Assembly: GCA_050175015.1 (NCBI GenBank) | Contig: JBFXJJ010000001.1 | Span: 32,001-96,000, forward strand | DNA length: 64,000 nt | Source: Alphaproteobacteria bacterium | Lineage (GTDB): Bacteria; Pseudomonadota; Alphaproteobacteria; JBFXJJ01 | Direction of reading: 5' to 3' | Shown: piece by piece, positions 27,212 through 40,445 of the stretch | Layout: every line of letters starts with the position of its first letter | Numbering within the stretch: the first letter of the stretch is position 1 | Translations under genes and position numbers: made by a program | Notes under the pieces: generated by a model | Seen by the model: only the letters and a program-made list of their open reading frames with translations | Databases searched by the model: none | Told to the model about the DNA's origin: nothing

Positions 27212-27922
27212 ATGAATTTACCTTTTATGAAATTAAAAAAATTTTTATTTTTTATCTTCTGTTTTTATTCAACACCACTAAAAGCTGAGGCGTTGATTTT
27301 AAACCGAATAGATGAAAATGGAATCTTTTTTTTTGAAAATAATCAAAGAGCTTTTTTGAAAAACCTCTGGCTGCAAGATCGCGCTGTAGATTACTTGGTT
27401 AGCAATATTACTCCTGCCTCAGAATTGACATTGTCTTATAAAAACTTGAAAAACGATAGATATGGCAACTTAGCTGCTGATATTTATTTTAATGGTACCT
27501 GGCTGCAAAAAGAACTTTTAGAAAAAGGGCTTGCCATATTCTACGATACTAGCGGTGACGATGAAGCTTCTTTGCTTTTAAACTTTGAGAAAACGGCTAG
27601 AGAAAACCGCCAGGGCTTTTGGGAAGATTTAAGCAAAATTCAAAAAGCAGAAAGCATAAATCCATACTTTAATGATAAAGCTTTAGTAATTGGAAAAGTA
27701 GATCATATCAAAACTACAAAAAATAATATTTTCATTAATTTTGGTAAGGATTTTAAAAAGTCTTTTGCTGTTCAAACAGATACTAAAATTGCCCTGCCCC
27801 AATTAGAAGGGCAGATGGTGCTTGTCAGAGGCTTTATACAAAAATATCATAGTGCTTTTATCTCACTAAAAAGCCCTTTTCATATTGAAATTATTGATGA
27901 AAAAGATTGGTCTCTGCCATAA
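27212..27922 (+). CDS. Thermonuclease (SNase-like) family protein with C-terminal OB-like domain
   Basis: DRYGNLAADIY..WLQ.ELLEKGLA...E..AR....GFW; C-terminal FINFGKDFK. Start re-called to ATG 27212 (or 27227) to avoid overlapping the M48 gene. Confidence 0.75.
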   Translation: MNLPFMKLKKFLFFIFCFYSTPLKAEALILNRIDENGIFFFENNQRAFLKNLWLQDRAVDYLVSNITPASELTLSYKNLKNDRYGNLAADIYFNGTWLQKELLEKGLAIFYDTSGDDEASLLLNFEKTARENRQGFWEDLSKIQKAESINPYFNDKALVIGKVDHIKTTKNNIFINFGKDFKKSFAVQTDTKIALPQLEGQMVLVRGFIQKYHSAFISLKSPFHIEIIDEKDWSLP

Positions 27923-27992
27923 CTACATTAGGAAATAATCCAATTAAAAGCTACAAACTATAAGTAGCCCGCTTAGATGGTTTTGGCTATAT

Positions 27993-28066
27993 TGGAGCGG
28001 GTGAGGGGAATCGAACCCCCGTATTCAGCTTGGGAAGCTGATGTTCTACCATTGAACTACACCCGC
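27993..28066 (-). tRNA. tRNA-Gly (CCC)
   Basis: Reverse complement GCGGGTGTAGTTCAATGGTAGAACATCAGCTTCCCAAGCTGAATACGGGGGTTCGATTCCCCTCACCCGCTCCA; anticodon CCC, T-loop GTTCGA, CCA end. Confidence 0.97.
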
Positions 28067-28087
28067 ATAACCTAGAGCTATTATAGA

Positions 28088-28447
28088 TTATTTTTCTTTA
28101 ATAACAATAGGCGTTCTTTCTGGAGGATTAATTATATAACTTCCAGAAGTTGCGGTTAGAACTGTCCAACCTCTATTTTTTGCTTCATAGGCAAGAACTT
28201 TGGGTGGAGGAGCATCAAAACCGTTAAGATGTTTCTCAAAACTGCCATCATTTGCCCAGAAATCGAGCTCTGATACCAGTTCATTATCCGTAAATTTTGC
28301 AACTATGTGCTTTTGCCAATAATCGAGAACATCTAAAAGCTGATTTGCCGAAAGCTCAATTTTTTCATCTTTAAGCTTTTTTCTAGCATCACGCCAAGAC
28401 GCTGTTTCCATCACTATATTTTGGGCTTTAACAATAATATCGCTCAA
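28088..28447 (-). CDS. Hypothetical protein (119 aa)
   Basis: TTG start with TAGGAG RBS; protein-like composition; lies between gyrB and the tRNA. Confidence 0.7.
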   Translation of the reverse strand: MSDIIVKAQNIVMETASWRDARKKLKDEKIELSANQLLDVLDYWQKHIVAKFTDNELVSELDFWANDGSFEKHLNGFDAPPPKVLAYEAKNRGWTVLTATSGSYIINPPERTPIVIKEK

Positions 28448-28478
28448 AAAATTTCTCCTAAAAATTTCTCTAACTTTA

Positions 28479-32089
<3,611 letters not shown>

Positions 32090-32186
32090 AGGCGCATTTA
32101 TACCAATTTCTTGCAAATTAAGATGATACATTATTTTTGTAAAAACCTATTGTAATCTTAAAAAAAACAACTGCTAAAAGCAGGCA

Positions 32187-33302
32187 TCAAACACGCATAG
32201 GCATTAAAACATAAGTCGCTCTTGTATCTGCGATATTATTAATTACCGTTGGAGATGCTGAATCTGAAAAAGCAAAACGCACCGTATCTTGCCCTACTTC
32301 TTGCAGAATATCTAGAAGGTAGCGATAGTTGAAACCTATTTCTAGCGCTTCACTATTATAAGAAACATCTATCTCTTCGGTTGCACTCCCAGCTTCTTGA
32401 TTGGAAGAAGAAATAACAAGCGTAGAATTTTTAAGAAGTAGTTTAACGCCTTTAGTTTTTTCTGAAACGATAGAAACTCTGTCAACAGCACCCGCAAAAA
32501 TCGCAACATCGGCGTCCATAATAATATTGTTATCTTTTGGAATAACTTTTTCATAATCAGGATAATTGCCATCAATAAGTTTAGATGTCAAAATAACATC
32601 ATCAAAGGTGAACTTAATCATATTTTCAGAAAGAGAAACTGAAATCTCGCCAACAAACGTATCTATTAATTTTTTAACTTCTGTTATAGTTTTGCGAGGA
32701 ATAATAATTCCTGGAATAGATTCTGCCCCCTTAGGAACATCTATTTCCATACAAGCAAGGCGGTGACCGTCTGTAGCTACAGAACGCATAACTTTAACAT
32801 CTTCTTTTTCTGTAGTATGAAGATAAATGCCATTCAAATAAAATCTTGTTTCTTCTGTTGAAACTGCAAATTTTGTTTTATCAATCAATGCTGCCAAATC
32901 TTTCGAATCAAGCAAGAAAGAATAGCCTAAATCTTCACCAGCAATAGTTGGAAAATCTTCCGCAGGAAGGCACGACAAAGAAAAGTTAGAGCGTCCAGCT
33001 TTCACCACCAAAGAACTATTATCTGCAATAAAATCAAAACTGATTTCACAACCATCAGGAAGCTTACGAACAATATCGTAGAGAGTATGAGCCGAAACTG
33101 TAGTTAAACCGCTATCCAAAACATTAGCAGCTATTGTTTCTTCAATCTCAATTTCCATATCAGTTGCTTTAAGAACGAGCTTACTGTTTATAGCTTCCAA
33201 TTTCACATTTGAAAGCACTGGAATAGTGTTTCTCTTTTCAACAACACTTTGAATATGGGTTAAAGATTTTAATAAGAGTGAACGTTCAACTGTAAATTTC
33301 AT
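32187..33302 (-). CDS. dnaN: DNA polymerase III beta clamp
   Basis: VVEKRNTIPVLSN, ATDME, STEETRFYLNG, ATDGHRL, LMPMRV. Confidence 0.99.
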   Translation of the reverse strand: MKFTVERSLLLKSLTHIQSVVEKRNTIPVLSNVKLEAINSKLVLKATDMEIEIEETIAANVLDSGLTTVSAHTLYDIVRKLPDGCEISFDFIADNSSLVVKAGRSNFSLSCLPAEDFPTIAGEDLGYSFLLDSKDLAALIDKTKFAVSTEETRFYLNGIYLHTTEKEDVKVMRSVATDGHRLACMEIDVPKGAESIPGIIIPRKTITEVKKLIDTFVGEISVSLSENMIKFTFDDVILTSKLIDGNYPDYEKVIPKDNNIIMDADVAIFAGAVDRVSIVSEKTKGVKLLLKNSTLVISSSNQEAGSATEEIDVSYNSEALEIGFNYRYLLDILQEVGQDTVRFAFSDSASPTVINNIADTRATYVLMPMRV

Positions 33303-33593
33303 CGATATCTTAATACCTCTAATTTAAAAACAAAAACTTTGGTTCGAAAAGTATAACATAAACCCATTAAATCCAAAGCTGTTTTAGCGATTCGGACATA
33401 AGTTATACACGTATTTTTATTTCTTTTGGATGCCCATAAGGACTTTAGTGTGATATGGCGATAGATAAGAGCATTTTTGATTTATTTGTATTAAAAAATA
33501 AAGTTTATACTTTTGCCGTAAGATAAGATTATTGCTAAGCAAATTAAGGCTGTTTTTGAAAAAAACATTAAAAACTTTTTTATAAATGTGTTG

Positions 33594-33676
33594 TTTCTTA
33601 ACTGACGTTTTTATAAAAAAGTTTTGCTTTTACTAAAAGCAACGCCGCCACTTGGATTGCCTTAAGGTAAAATAAA
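33594..33676 (+). repeat. Degenerate dispersed intergenic repeat, copy 2
   Basis: TTTGCTTTTACTAAAAGCAA (33623-33642) followed by TTGCCTTAAGGTAAAATAAA. Confidence 0.55.
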
Positions 33677-33764
33677 GCCGGCAAATAATCACAAAGCACA
33701 CCAAACGAATTTAACCTTAATTTTACACTAAACGCTTACTAAATTAAGCGCTTAAGTCTTTCTA

Positions 33765-35231
33765 TTACTGACCAAGCATTCTTCTTAAAAGATCAACATC
33801 TTCGGCAAAAGCTCTATCTGAATTACAAATTTCTTCAATTTTACGGATAGCATGCATAATTGTCGTATGGTCTCTGCCAAATTTGCGGCCTATTTCAGGA
33901 AGCGAACGTGAAGTAAGCTGTTTAGCAAGATACATTGCAACCTGTCTTGGACGAGCAACAGACCTTGCTCTGCGTGCCGAATGCATTTCTCTAATAGAAA
34001 TATTAAAATGTTCCGCAACTTTTCTTTGAATCTCGTCAATAGTTACATTGCGGTCATAAGCATTAAGCAAGTCTTTCAAAACATCTTGAGCCATCAAAAG
34101 ATTAATTGTTCTGCCCACCAAAAGCTGTGAGTGTGCAACAACTCTCTGCAACGCACCTTCAAGCTCTCTAACATTTGAAGTAATCTTATGAGCTAAAAAC
34201 TCCAAAACCTGAACTGGCACTTTAACGCCGAGTTGTTCTGCTTTAGCTTGAAGAATACCAAGACGAAGCTCGTAATTTGTGGGATGAATATCTGCAACCA
34301 AACCACTGCTTAAACGGGATTTTAAACGACTCTCTATACCCATCAAATTAGTTGGTGACTTGTCAGCAGAAATAATAATCTGGCGTCCCTGCTCTATTAA
34401 TGAATTAAATGTATGGAAAAATTCTTCCTGCGTAACGTCTTTGTTGCAAATGAACTGAACATCATCAATCATTAAAACATCAACCGAACGGAACATCTCT
34501 TTAAAAGAGACCGTATCTTTATATCTGATTGACTTAACAAATTTATACATGAATTTTTCAGCAGAAAGACACAAAACTGTCCTATTAGGAGAGCGCTCTT
34601 TAATATGCCAAGCGATAGCGTGCATTAAGTGCGTTTTGCCTAAACCAACACCAGAATATAAAAACAAAGGGTTAAAAGCAATATCATCGGATTCTGCAAC
34701 TCTTCTAGCTGCGGCATAAGCAAACTCATTAGATTTGCCAATAATAAAGTTATCAAACGTAAATTTAGGATTTAAAGGAACAGAAATGCCATCATTACTG
34801 TCGTTATCATAAAAAGAATCTGGTCTATTGATAAATTTATTTTTAGCTGGATATAAATTGCTGGAATTAATTGGTTCAGGACGTGGAACCGGCATATTCC
34901 CAACCAAAGAATTTTCAATATTAGAAGAATCAAATTTTTCTTTTCTTGGTTTAGGAGCCTGTCCTGGGCGTACTAAAAATTCAATATCTTTAATTTGAGG
35001 ATTAAATTTACACCATAAAGCACGGATTCTGTCTGAGTAATGAGTTATAACCCAATTACGCATAAATCTAGTTGGCACACAAAGACTTAACTTTTCGCCG
35101 TCAAGAGAGCCCACAGTCATGGGTTTAAGCCAACTTTCGAAAGCTGCATCGCCAATTTCGGTCTTTATTTGACCGCAAACCTGCCCCCATTGATCTTGTA
35201 AAATATTTTCGTTCTTATGGCTCTCCGCCAT
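33765..35231 (-). CDS. dnaA: Chromosomal replication initiator DnaA
   Basis: NPLFLYSGVGLGKTHL, DDVQF, QEEFFHTFN, RELEGAL, RPRQVAMYL, RDHTT. Confidence 0.99.
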   Translation of the reverse strand: MAESHKNENILQDQWGQVCGQIKTEIGDAAFESWLKPMTVGSLDGEKLSLCVPTRFMRNWVITHYSDRIRALWCKFNPQIKDIEFLVRPGQAPKPRKEKFDSSNIENSLVGNMPVPRPEPINSSNLYPAKNKFINRPDSFYDNDSNDGISVPLNPKFTFDNFIIGKSNEFAYAAARRVAESDDIAFNPLFLYSGVGLGKTHLMHAIAWHIKERSPNRTVLCLSAEKFMYKFVKSIRYKDTVSFKEMFRSVDVLMIDDVQFICNKDVTQEEFFHTFNSLIEQGRQIIISADKSPTNLMGIESRLKSRLSSGLVADIHPTNYELRLGILQAKAEQLGVKVPVQVLEFLAHKITSNVRELEGALQRVVAHSQLLVGRTINLLMAQDVLKDLLNAYDRNVTIDEIQRKVAEHFNISIREMHSARRARSVARPRQVAMYLAKQLTSRSLPEIGRKFGRDHTTIMHAIRKIEEICNSDRAFAEDVDLLRRMLGQ

Positions 35232-35246
35232 GACAAAATCCTCTTA

Positions 35247-35262
35247 TTAATAATTTGTTAAC
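35247..35262. promoter_or_regulatory. CtrA-box-like site upstream of dnaA
   Basis: TTAA-TAATTTG-TTAAC matches TTAA-N7-TTAAC; the AT-rich background lowers its significance. Confidence 0.35.
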
Positions 35263-35660
35263 TCTTCTTCTATTAAACTAAACTAAAAATTCTTTTTAGC
35301 CTTCGGTTAAAAGGTAATCAAAAACTTAAAAAGTTTAACATTATTTAATGTGCTAAAAGCTACAAACGCCTATTGTTTAACATTTGTTAAAGGCGCCGTT
35401 GATGCTTTGCATATTACTTATTAAAAAAACAAAAAACAATACAACATTGTACAAAAAACTAAATTAAATTTCTTGACTCAGTAGGGCAAATATATATCCC
35501 TGCGATTCTTAGCAATTTTGCAGAAAATCACTTCCGTTTTAATGCCTGCTTTAGCCCTACTCTTGGATAAAAATAAACAAAATATCCCCCAAAATATCCC
35601 CATAAAATTAAAACTAAAGATTATATTTTTTTAGCTTGATTTTTCAAATTTTTCTCCAAC

Positions 35661-35691
35661 AAAAAAGACCGTAAATTACTTTACGGTCTTT
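35661..35691 (-). terminator. rpsT terminator
   Basis: AAAGACCGTAA-attact-TTACGGTCTTT with a U-tract on the minus strand. Confidence 0.8.
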
Positions 35692-35740
35692 ACCATTTAA
35701 GAATCGCTTTATCTAAAATTTAGATATAAGAATCCAAAAA

Positions 35741-36001
35741 CTACATAGCTTTAATATGAGCTGCAAGTCTTGAAATTTTACGACTAGCGTTTTTAACTTT
35801 GACTGCGCCAACTTTAACACCGCGCATTAATTCAGATTCGGTTGTTCTGAAAAGTTCTGCGGCTTTTTCTTTTTCACCAGCAGCGATTGCAAGTTCAACA
35901 CTCTTTACAAAGCTTCTAACTTTACTGCGGCGTGTGCTCATAAAAATATTACGTTTCAAATTGCGGCGAATTCTTTTTTTTGCCGATGCATGATTTGCCA
36001 T
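35741..36001 (-). CDS. rpsT: 30S ribosomal protein S20
   Basis: MANHASAKKRIR...ASRKISRL. Confidence 0.97.
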   Translation of the reverse strand: MANHASAKKRIRRNLKRNIFMSTRRSKVRSFVKSVELAIAAGEKEKAAELFRTTESELMRGVKVGAVKVKNASRKISRLAAHIKAM

Positions 36002-36122
36002 ATTACTAAACCTTTAAAATCTATTTAAACCTTGAGTCTTCATAAAAACCCCTAGAGGAAAAGTTATAATCGAAAAAATACTTAAAAGTCAACTCTTCTA
36101 AGGGATTAACATTAAAAAAAAT

Positions 36123-36899
36123 TTACTTATTACCAAAAGCTGGCGGTCTTTTTTCCATAAAGGCAGCTAAACCTTCAAAATGGTCTTCGGTTCCAAAACC
36201 TGCACAAAACAGAGCTTTTTCAAAGGCTAAGCCATCACTAACTGACATTTCATCGGCTTTTTTAACCGCTTCTTTTGCCATCAAAACATTAGGACGAGAA
36301 AACAAGGCTATTTTTTCTGCTGATTTCAAAGCATCTGTCATAAGCTCTGCTAAGGGAACGATTCTGCTAATCATTCCAGCTCTTTCCGCCTCATCAGCAT
36401 CAATGCTCCTGCCGGTAAGAATCATCTCCATAGCTTTTGACTTACCAATTAATTTTGTTAACCTTTGAGTTCCGCCAAAACCTGGTATCATACCAATACT
36501 GACTTCGGGCTGTCCAAACTTAGCATTGTCGGCGGCAATAATGAAATCACAAACCAAAGCAAGTTCACAGCCTATGCCCAACGCATAGCCAGCAACCGCT
36601 GCAATTAGAGGTTTACGAAAATTGGTAATTTTATTCCAATCAGTTACCATATAATTGTCGAGATAAACTTCTGACAACCCTTTATTAATAAGCTCTGGAA
36701 TATCTGCCCCAGCAGCAAAGGCTTTATCACTTCCCGTTATGACAACTGCACCAATTTCTTCATCAAGATCAAATTCATTTAACTGCAAAGCAATTTCTTT
36801 AACCATACCCTCACAAACTGCATTTAAAGATTTAGGACGATTGAGTGTAATAACACCAACCACTCCCTGTTTTTCCGCAAGTATGAATTCATAACTCAT
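36123..36899 (-). CDS. Enoyl-CoA hydratase/isomerase
   Basis: LNRPKSLNA, AFAAGADI, AVAGYALGIGCEL, FGQPE...PGFGGTQRL; usual neighbour of rpsT and mutM in Alphaproteobacteria. Confidence 0.93.
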   Translation of the reverse strand: MSYEFILAEKQGVVGVITLNRPKSLNAVCEGMVKEIALQLNEFDLDEEIGAVVITGSDKAFAAGADIPELINKGLSEVYLDNYMVTDWNKITNFRKPLIAAVAGYALGIGCELALVCDFIIAADNAKFGQPEVSIGMIPGFGGTQRLTKLIGKSKAMEMILTGRSIDADEAERAGMISRIVPLAELMTDALKSAEKIALFSRPNVLMAKEAVKKADEMSVSDGLAFEKALFCAGFGTEDHFEGLAAFMEKRPPAFGNK

Positions 36900-36929
36900 A
36901 TTTGTTTTATCCTTTCTTTTCCTCAATCT

Positions 36930-37304
36930 TTAAAGAGCTGGTTTAGCCTCGAATCTAAACGTATTTGCTGAAGAATCTCCTAAATATTCAATAGTAAGAA
37001 TCTGTCCTTCTCTATGAAACCTTTCTGTTTTACCTTCTTTAGCATCAAAAATCCAGCCTAATTGCGGGAGCGTTTTCTGATAAAAATCAAAAACCGCACT
37101 TTGCTTTAAATCGGCAGCATCAGCATAAGCCTCAACAATGCTTCCAGAAAGCGAATCAAAAGAAATTCCAGCATCATCAATAATGGACATGCCTTCCATT
37201 AAAGGCAAATCCTCAAAACCATCAATGAATACCGATTCTTCTAAAAACGCTGTTTTAGGAAGAAGAAACAATAACAAACTTATTACTATAAATTTTAACT
37301 TCAT
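36930..37304 (-). CDS. Exported hypothetical protein
   Basis: Signal peptide; EDLPLMEGM...FDS.SG.IVEA...FY..TLPQLGW motif. Confidence 0.75.
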   Translation of the reverse strand: MKLKFIVISLLLFLLPKTAFLEESVFIDGFEDLPLMEGMSIIDDAGISFDSLSGSIVEAYADAADLKQSAVFDFYQKTLPQLGWIFDAKEGKTERFHREGQILTIEYLGDSSANTFRFEAKPAL

Positions 37305-37319
37305 AAAGCCTTCTTAACG

Positions 37320-38168
37320 TTAGTGCTGACAATTTGCACAATAAAATGTCGATCTGTTGTTTTGAACAATTTTTTTTATAACATTGTTTTCAGAAGATTT
37401 ACAGATGGAATTATGACATTTTTGACCTTCCCTGCCATAAACATCAAGTTTATTAGCAAAATAGCCTAAATCACCAGAAGGAGTTGCATAATCACGAATC
37501 GTTGTCCCTCCTGAAGCAATTGCCTCACTTAAGACTGACTTTACAGCTGTAATAAGCTTTGCTATTTCTTCTTTTTTCAAATCGCAGGCTGGGCGCAATG
37601 GAGAAATTCCAGCTCTAAAAAGTGCCTCACAAGCATATATGTTGCCGATACCTGCTATAATTTTCTGATTTAAAAGCGTCGTTTTAATATTCATTTTATG
37701 ATTTTTAAACGCTGTTTCAGTATAGTTTTGATTAAAATCATCAGATAGCGGTTCAACACCTATATCTTTCAGCAACTTGTTCTGTTCCAAATCTTTGGTT
37801 TCACAGATAGTAAAACAGCCAAAACGTCTAGCATCATTATATATAAAAAGCTTTTCACTATCATAAAAACTCATAACAACATGATCGTGTTTTTTTAAAG
37901 AATCTGCTTCGTCGTTATTTATGATTCTTATTTTTCCAGACATTCCTAAATGAACAATAAGCGTTTTTTCATTGCTCAATCCCAGCAAAATGTACTTAGC
38001 CCTTCTTTGAATTTTATTAATTGTCTGATTTACAGAGTTTTTTTCTAAATTTTGTGGTATCATAATACGTAAGTTACGATTTGTTATAGAAATGTCTTTT
38101 ATTTTCTTGTTTTGAAAATATTTAGAAATTCCTAAGACAACAGTTTCAACTTCAGGTAGTTCGGGCAT
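37320..38168 (-). CDS. mutM: Formamidopyrimidine-DNA glycosylase
   Basis: MPELPEVET, RRAKY, HLGMSG, GIGNIYACE, C-terminal Zn finger RSTFYCANCQ. Confidence 0.98.
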   Translation of the reverse strand: MPELPEVETVVLGISKYFQNKKIKDISITNRNLRIMIPQNLEKNSVNQTINKIQRRAKYILLGLSNEKTLIVHLGMSGKIRIINNDEADSLKKHDHVVMSFYDSEKLFIYNDARRFGCFTICETKDLEQNKLLKDIGVEPLSDDFNQNYTETAFKNHKMNIKTTLLNQKIIAGIGNIYACEALFRAGISPLRPACDLKKEEIAKLITAVKSVLSEAIASGGTTIRDYATPSGDLGYFANKLDVYGREGQKCHNSICKSSENNVIKKIVQNNRSTFYCANCQH

Positions 38169-39498
38169 GATTTTTAACTTAAGATTATACCAATTAGCAA
38201 TTAAACTAGCTAAAAAAGGAGTTTACTCTTCTTTAGCTTACTTACCTATGAATTTTTGTCTCAAGTTCTTTTTAAAGTCAATTTCAAAAAAAACAAATTC
38301 GGTGGAATATCCTCTTATTATTGATGAACTTTGCTCTGAAAACCCTGTTCTAGCAAGGCTTTTAAGCTTCTTTTCGTGCCGTATTGATTTATTTGATAAT
38401 AATATTTTAAACAAACTGCCATCTTTTAAAAATACATCTTTATCCGAAACCAAAGAAAATCAGCTTCAAATTACAAAAAGCTTAAAAAATTTAAAAAATT
38501 TTGCTGCGGACAATGCTTTTATTTTATGGCTTTTAACCGAAAACATTAATAAAAAACCCAATAAGTTTAATCTTAGACTTCTACAAGCCACTAAATATTT
38601 TCTTGAAAAAATAGACTTTGAAACTGATTTAAGATTTGAGGCTGCAAATGCCTGCGCTATTTTTGACGATTTTTACAGCGATGACAACTTCAAAGCTTTT
38701 GACGTTGACTGGATAAAAACAGACTACAACGTGCTAGTTTATGAAAAACAAGAAGAACTAGAACCAATAAAGATAAAAGAGCTTGATATTGACCTCATAA
38801 AAACATTTTATACCATCTTTTTTAAAATGGTTTTTGCTAGGGGCTATTTTAATTTTGATTTTACTAAAAACAATATCGCTCTAACCAAAGACCATAAATT
38901 TGTTCTGCTCGATTACAGCTCTGTCATCAAAATCAACACCGATGAACGTGTGATATTAGGCGAAATCTTCCTTAAACTTCTAGATAGTGATTATGAGGGC
39001 ATTATAAAATTAATAGAGACTAAGAACTGGGGCTATTTTAAAGGTGACTCTTCTTTTATTGGCCTAATGGAAAAGAAAACTGGGCTTTTTGATAAACTTG
39101 AAACTTTATGCAAATCGTCTCTGAATTTTGATTTTTACCTTCCTAATGAAATCTTTATGGTTTGGCTGGGATTAAAAAATATCCGCAAATTATCTTCTAA
39201 ATTAAATGTTGATGAAGATGATATTTATAATCAACTCAAAGATATTCTGCTTAAAGAAAAGAAAAGTCTGTTTGCACACCAAAAAGAAAAGACAACTAAA
39301 TATCCCGAATTTAAAGATAAGATTAAAGTTGGATTGCAAAAAAAAGCTCTTTTATCTTCCGAAAAAGAGAAGAAAAAATATTTTTTTCAAACTGATGATG
39401 AACCCAAATGCCGCCCCCGTAAAAAAAGGGTTAACTCTATGCTTTTATGGGTTACAATACTTATTATTTTATATCTCTTTATAAAATTCAGGCTTTGA
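38167..39498 (+). CDS. ubiB: Highly diverged UbiB/ABC1 kinase-like protein
   Basis: ETDLRFEAANA and an SCRIDLF remnant, syntenic position between mutM and dut, C-terminal TM; catalytic motifs are eroded. Confidence 0.6.
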   Translation: MIFNLRLYQLAIKLAKKGVYSSLAYLPMNFCLKFFLKSISKKTNSVEYPLIIDELCSENPVLARLLSFFSCRIDLFDNNILNKLPSFKNTSLSETKENQLQITKSLKNLKNFAADNAFILWLLTENINKKPNKFNLRLLQATKYFLEKIDFETDLRFEAANACAIFDDFYSDDNFKAFDVDWIKTDYNVLVYEKQEELEPIKIKELDIDLIKTFYTIFFKMVFARGYFNFDFTKNNIALTKDHKFVLLDYSSVIKINTDERVILGEIFLKLLDSDYEGIIKLIETKNWGYFKGDSSFIGLMEKKTGLFDKLETLCKSSLNFDFYLPNEIFMVWLGLKNIRKLSSKLNVDEDDIYNQLKDILLKEKKSLFAHQKEKTTKYPEFKDKIKVGLQKKALLSSEKEKKKYFFQTDDEPKCRPRKKRVNSMLLWVTILIILYLFIKFRL

Positions 39499-39515
39499 TT
39501 AGAGTGCATAGCAAC

Positions 39516-39680
39516 TAGAACTTTTTCATTCATATGACATTATGATATATGTCAAAAAAATTTGCTTTTAATGAAAGCAAAGACGTCAGCAGACACTTAC
39601 CGTCAGGCAAAATAAAAAACTTACACCATAAAAATTAGATGCAACTAAACACAAAATACCTTTAATGAAATATGCTCTAA
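39516..39680 (+). repeat. Degenerate dispersed intergenic repeat, copy 3 (MITE-like, imperfect terminal inverted repeats)
   Basis: Core TTTGCTTTTAATGAAAGCAA (39561-39580)...TTACCGTCAGGCAAAATAAA; ends TAGAACTTTTTCATT and AATGAAATATGCTCTA. Confidence 0.5.
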
Positions 39681-40249
39681 TACGGCGCTAAGGTCTGTTT
39701 TTGATAATCATTCATTGCCCGCCAAACTGCATTGGCATTTTTACCAGCATTCTCTACCCCGAGGTTAGCAGCAAGGCTGTAAAGCTCCCAAGCTTTATGC
39801 AAATCTTGTTTCATTCCTATGCCATTAGCGTTAAGCCACGCTAAAATTTCCACCGCATTTTTATCTTTCTCATCAGCTTTCTTGGTTATTTCTGCAATGT
39901 CAAAAGGTGATGGATTTCCTTTTTGGACTGAAACCACGATATCTTTCCAAGTTTTAATTGGCTCTGGAGCTCCATATTCCATAGCTTTTATAAGCTTTGA
40001 ATCAACTTTAGGAGCCTCAATTTTTGCATCTGGCTTTTTCACTAAAAAATCTGGGCTTTCTTTTTTACCATCAAGCTTTGTAACTTCAAATTCAGGAGCT
40101 TGGCGATTAATTACAAATTCTGGAAGTGATCCTTCATAATTTTCACTGAGCATTTTGCGATATAAATCATCTAGGCTAGAGCTAAAAGCTTCAGCTGCAG
40201 ATGTTGATAAAAACAAAAATATTCCTAAAAAAATAACAAATTTTTTCAT
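39677..40249 (-). CDS. Exported protein with Sel1-like repeat
   Basis: Signal peptide MKKFVIFLG...AAEA; A.E.LAWLNANGIGMKQDLHKAWELYSLAA..G. Confidence 0.8.
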   Translation of the reverse strand: MKKFVIFLGIFLFLSTSAAEAFSSSLDDLYRKMLSENYEGSLPEFVINRQAPEFEVTKLDGKKESPDFLVKKPDAKIEAPKVDSKLIKAMEYGAPEPIKTWKDIVVSVQKGNPSPFDIAEITKKADEKDKNAVEILAWLNANGIGMKQDLHKAWELYSLAANLGVENAGKNANAVWRAMNDYQKQTLAPY

Positions 40250-40445
40250 ATCAGCGTTTAAAATCACAGTTTATGGTCAAAAAATTTAACTTCAGGCTTT
40301 TTTTAAAAAAGCCTGCTCTATAAGAATCTATTTATACTATTTAAAAGTTACCTAAATATTAATTTTTTTAACTTCTTTTATATTTTATTTTTTTAATGTT
40401 AAATTAATTTTTTTTAAAACTCTTTTTTATAGGAATCTTTCCGTT

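Noticed and set aside
14671-28066. Integrative island at tRNA-Gly carrying the giant gene
   Set aside because: No integrase, and I saw no duplicated tRNA 3' end. The M48 and thermonuclease genes look like ordinary chromosomal neighbours.
33303-33764. oriC in the dnaA-dnaN gap
   Set aside because: Only one near-box (TTATACACG, ~33403) and no cluster of TTATCCACA. Alphaproteobacterial origins are often unlinked to dnaA, and GC skew could not be computed.
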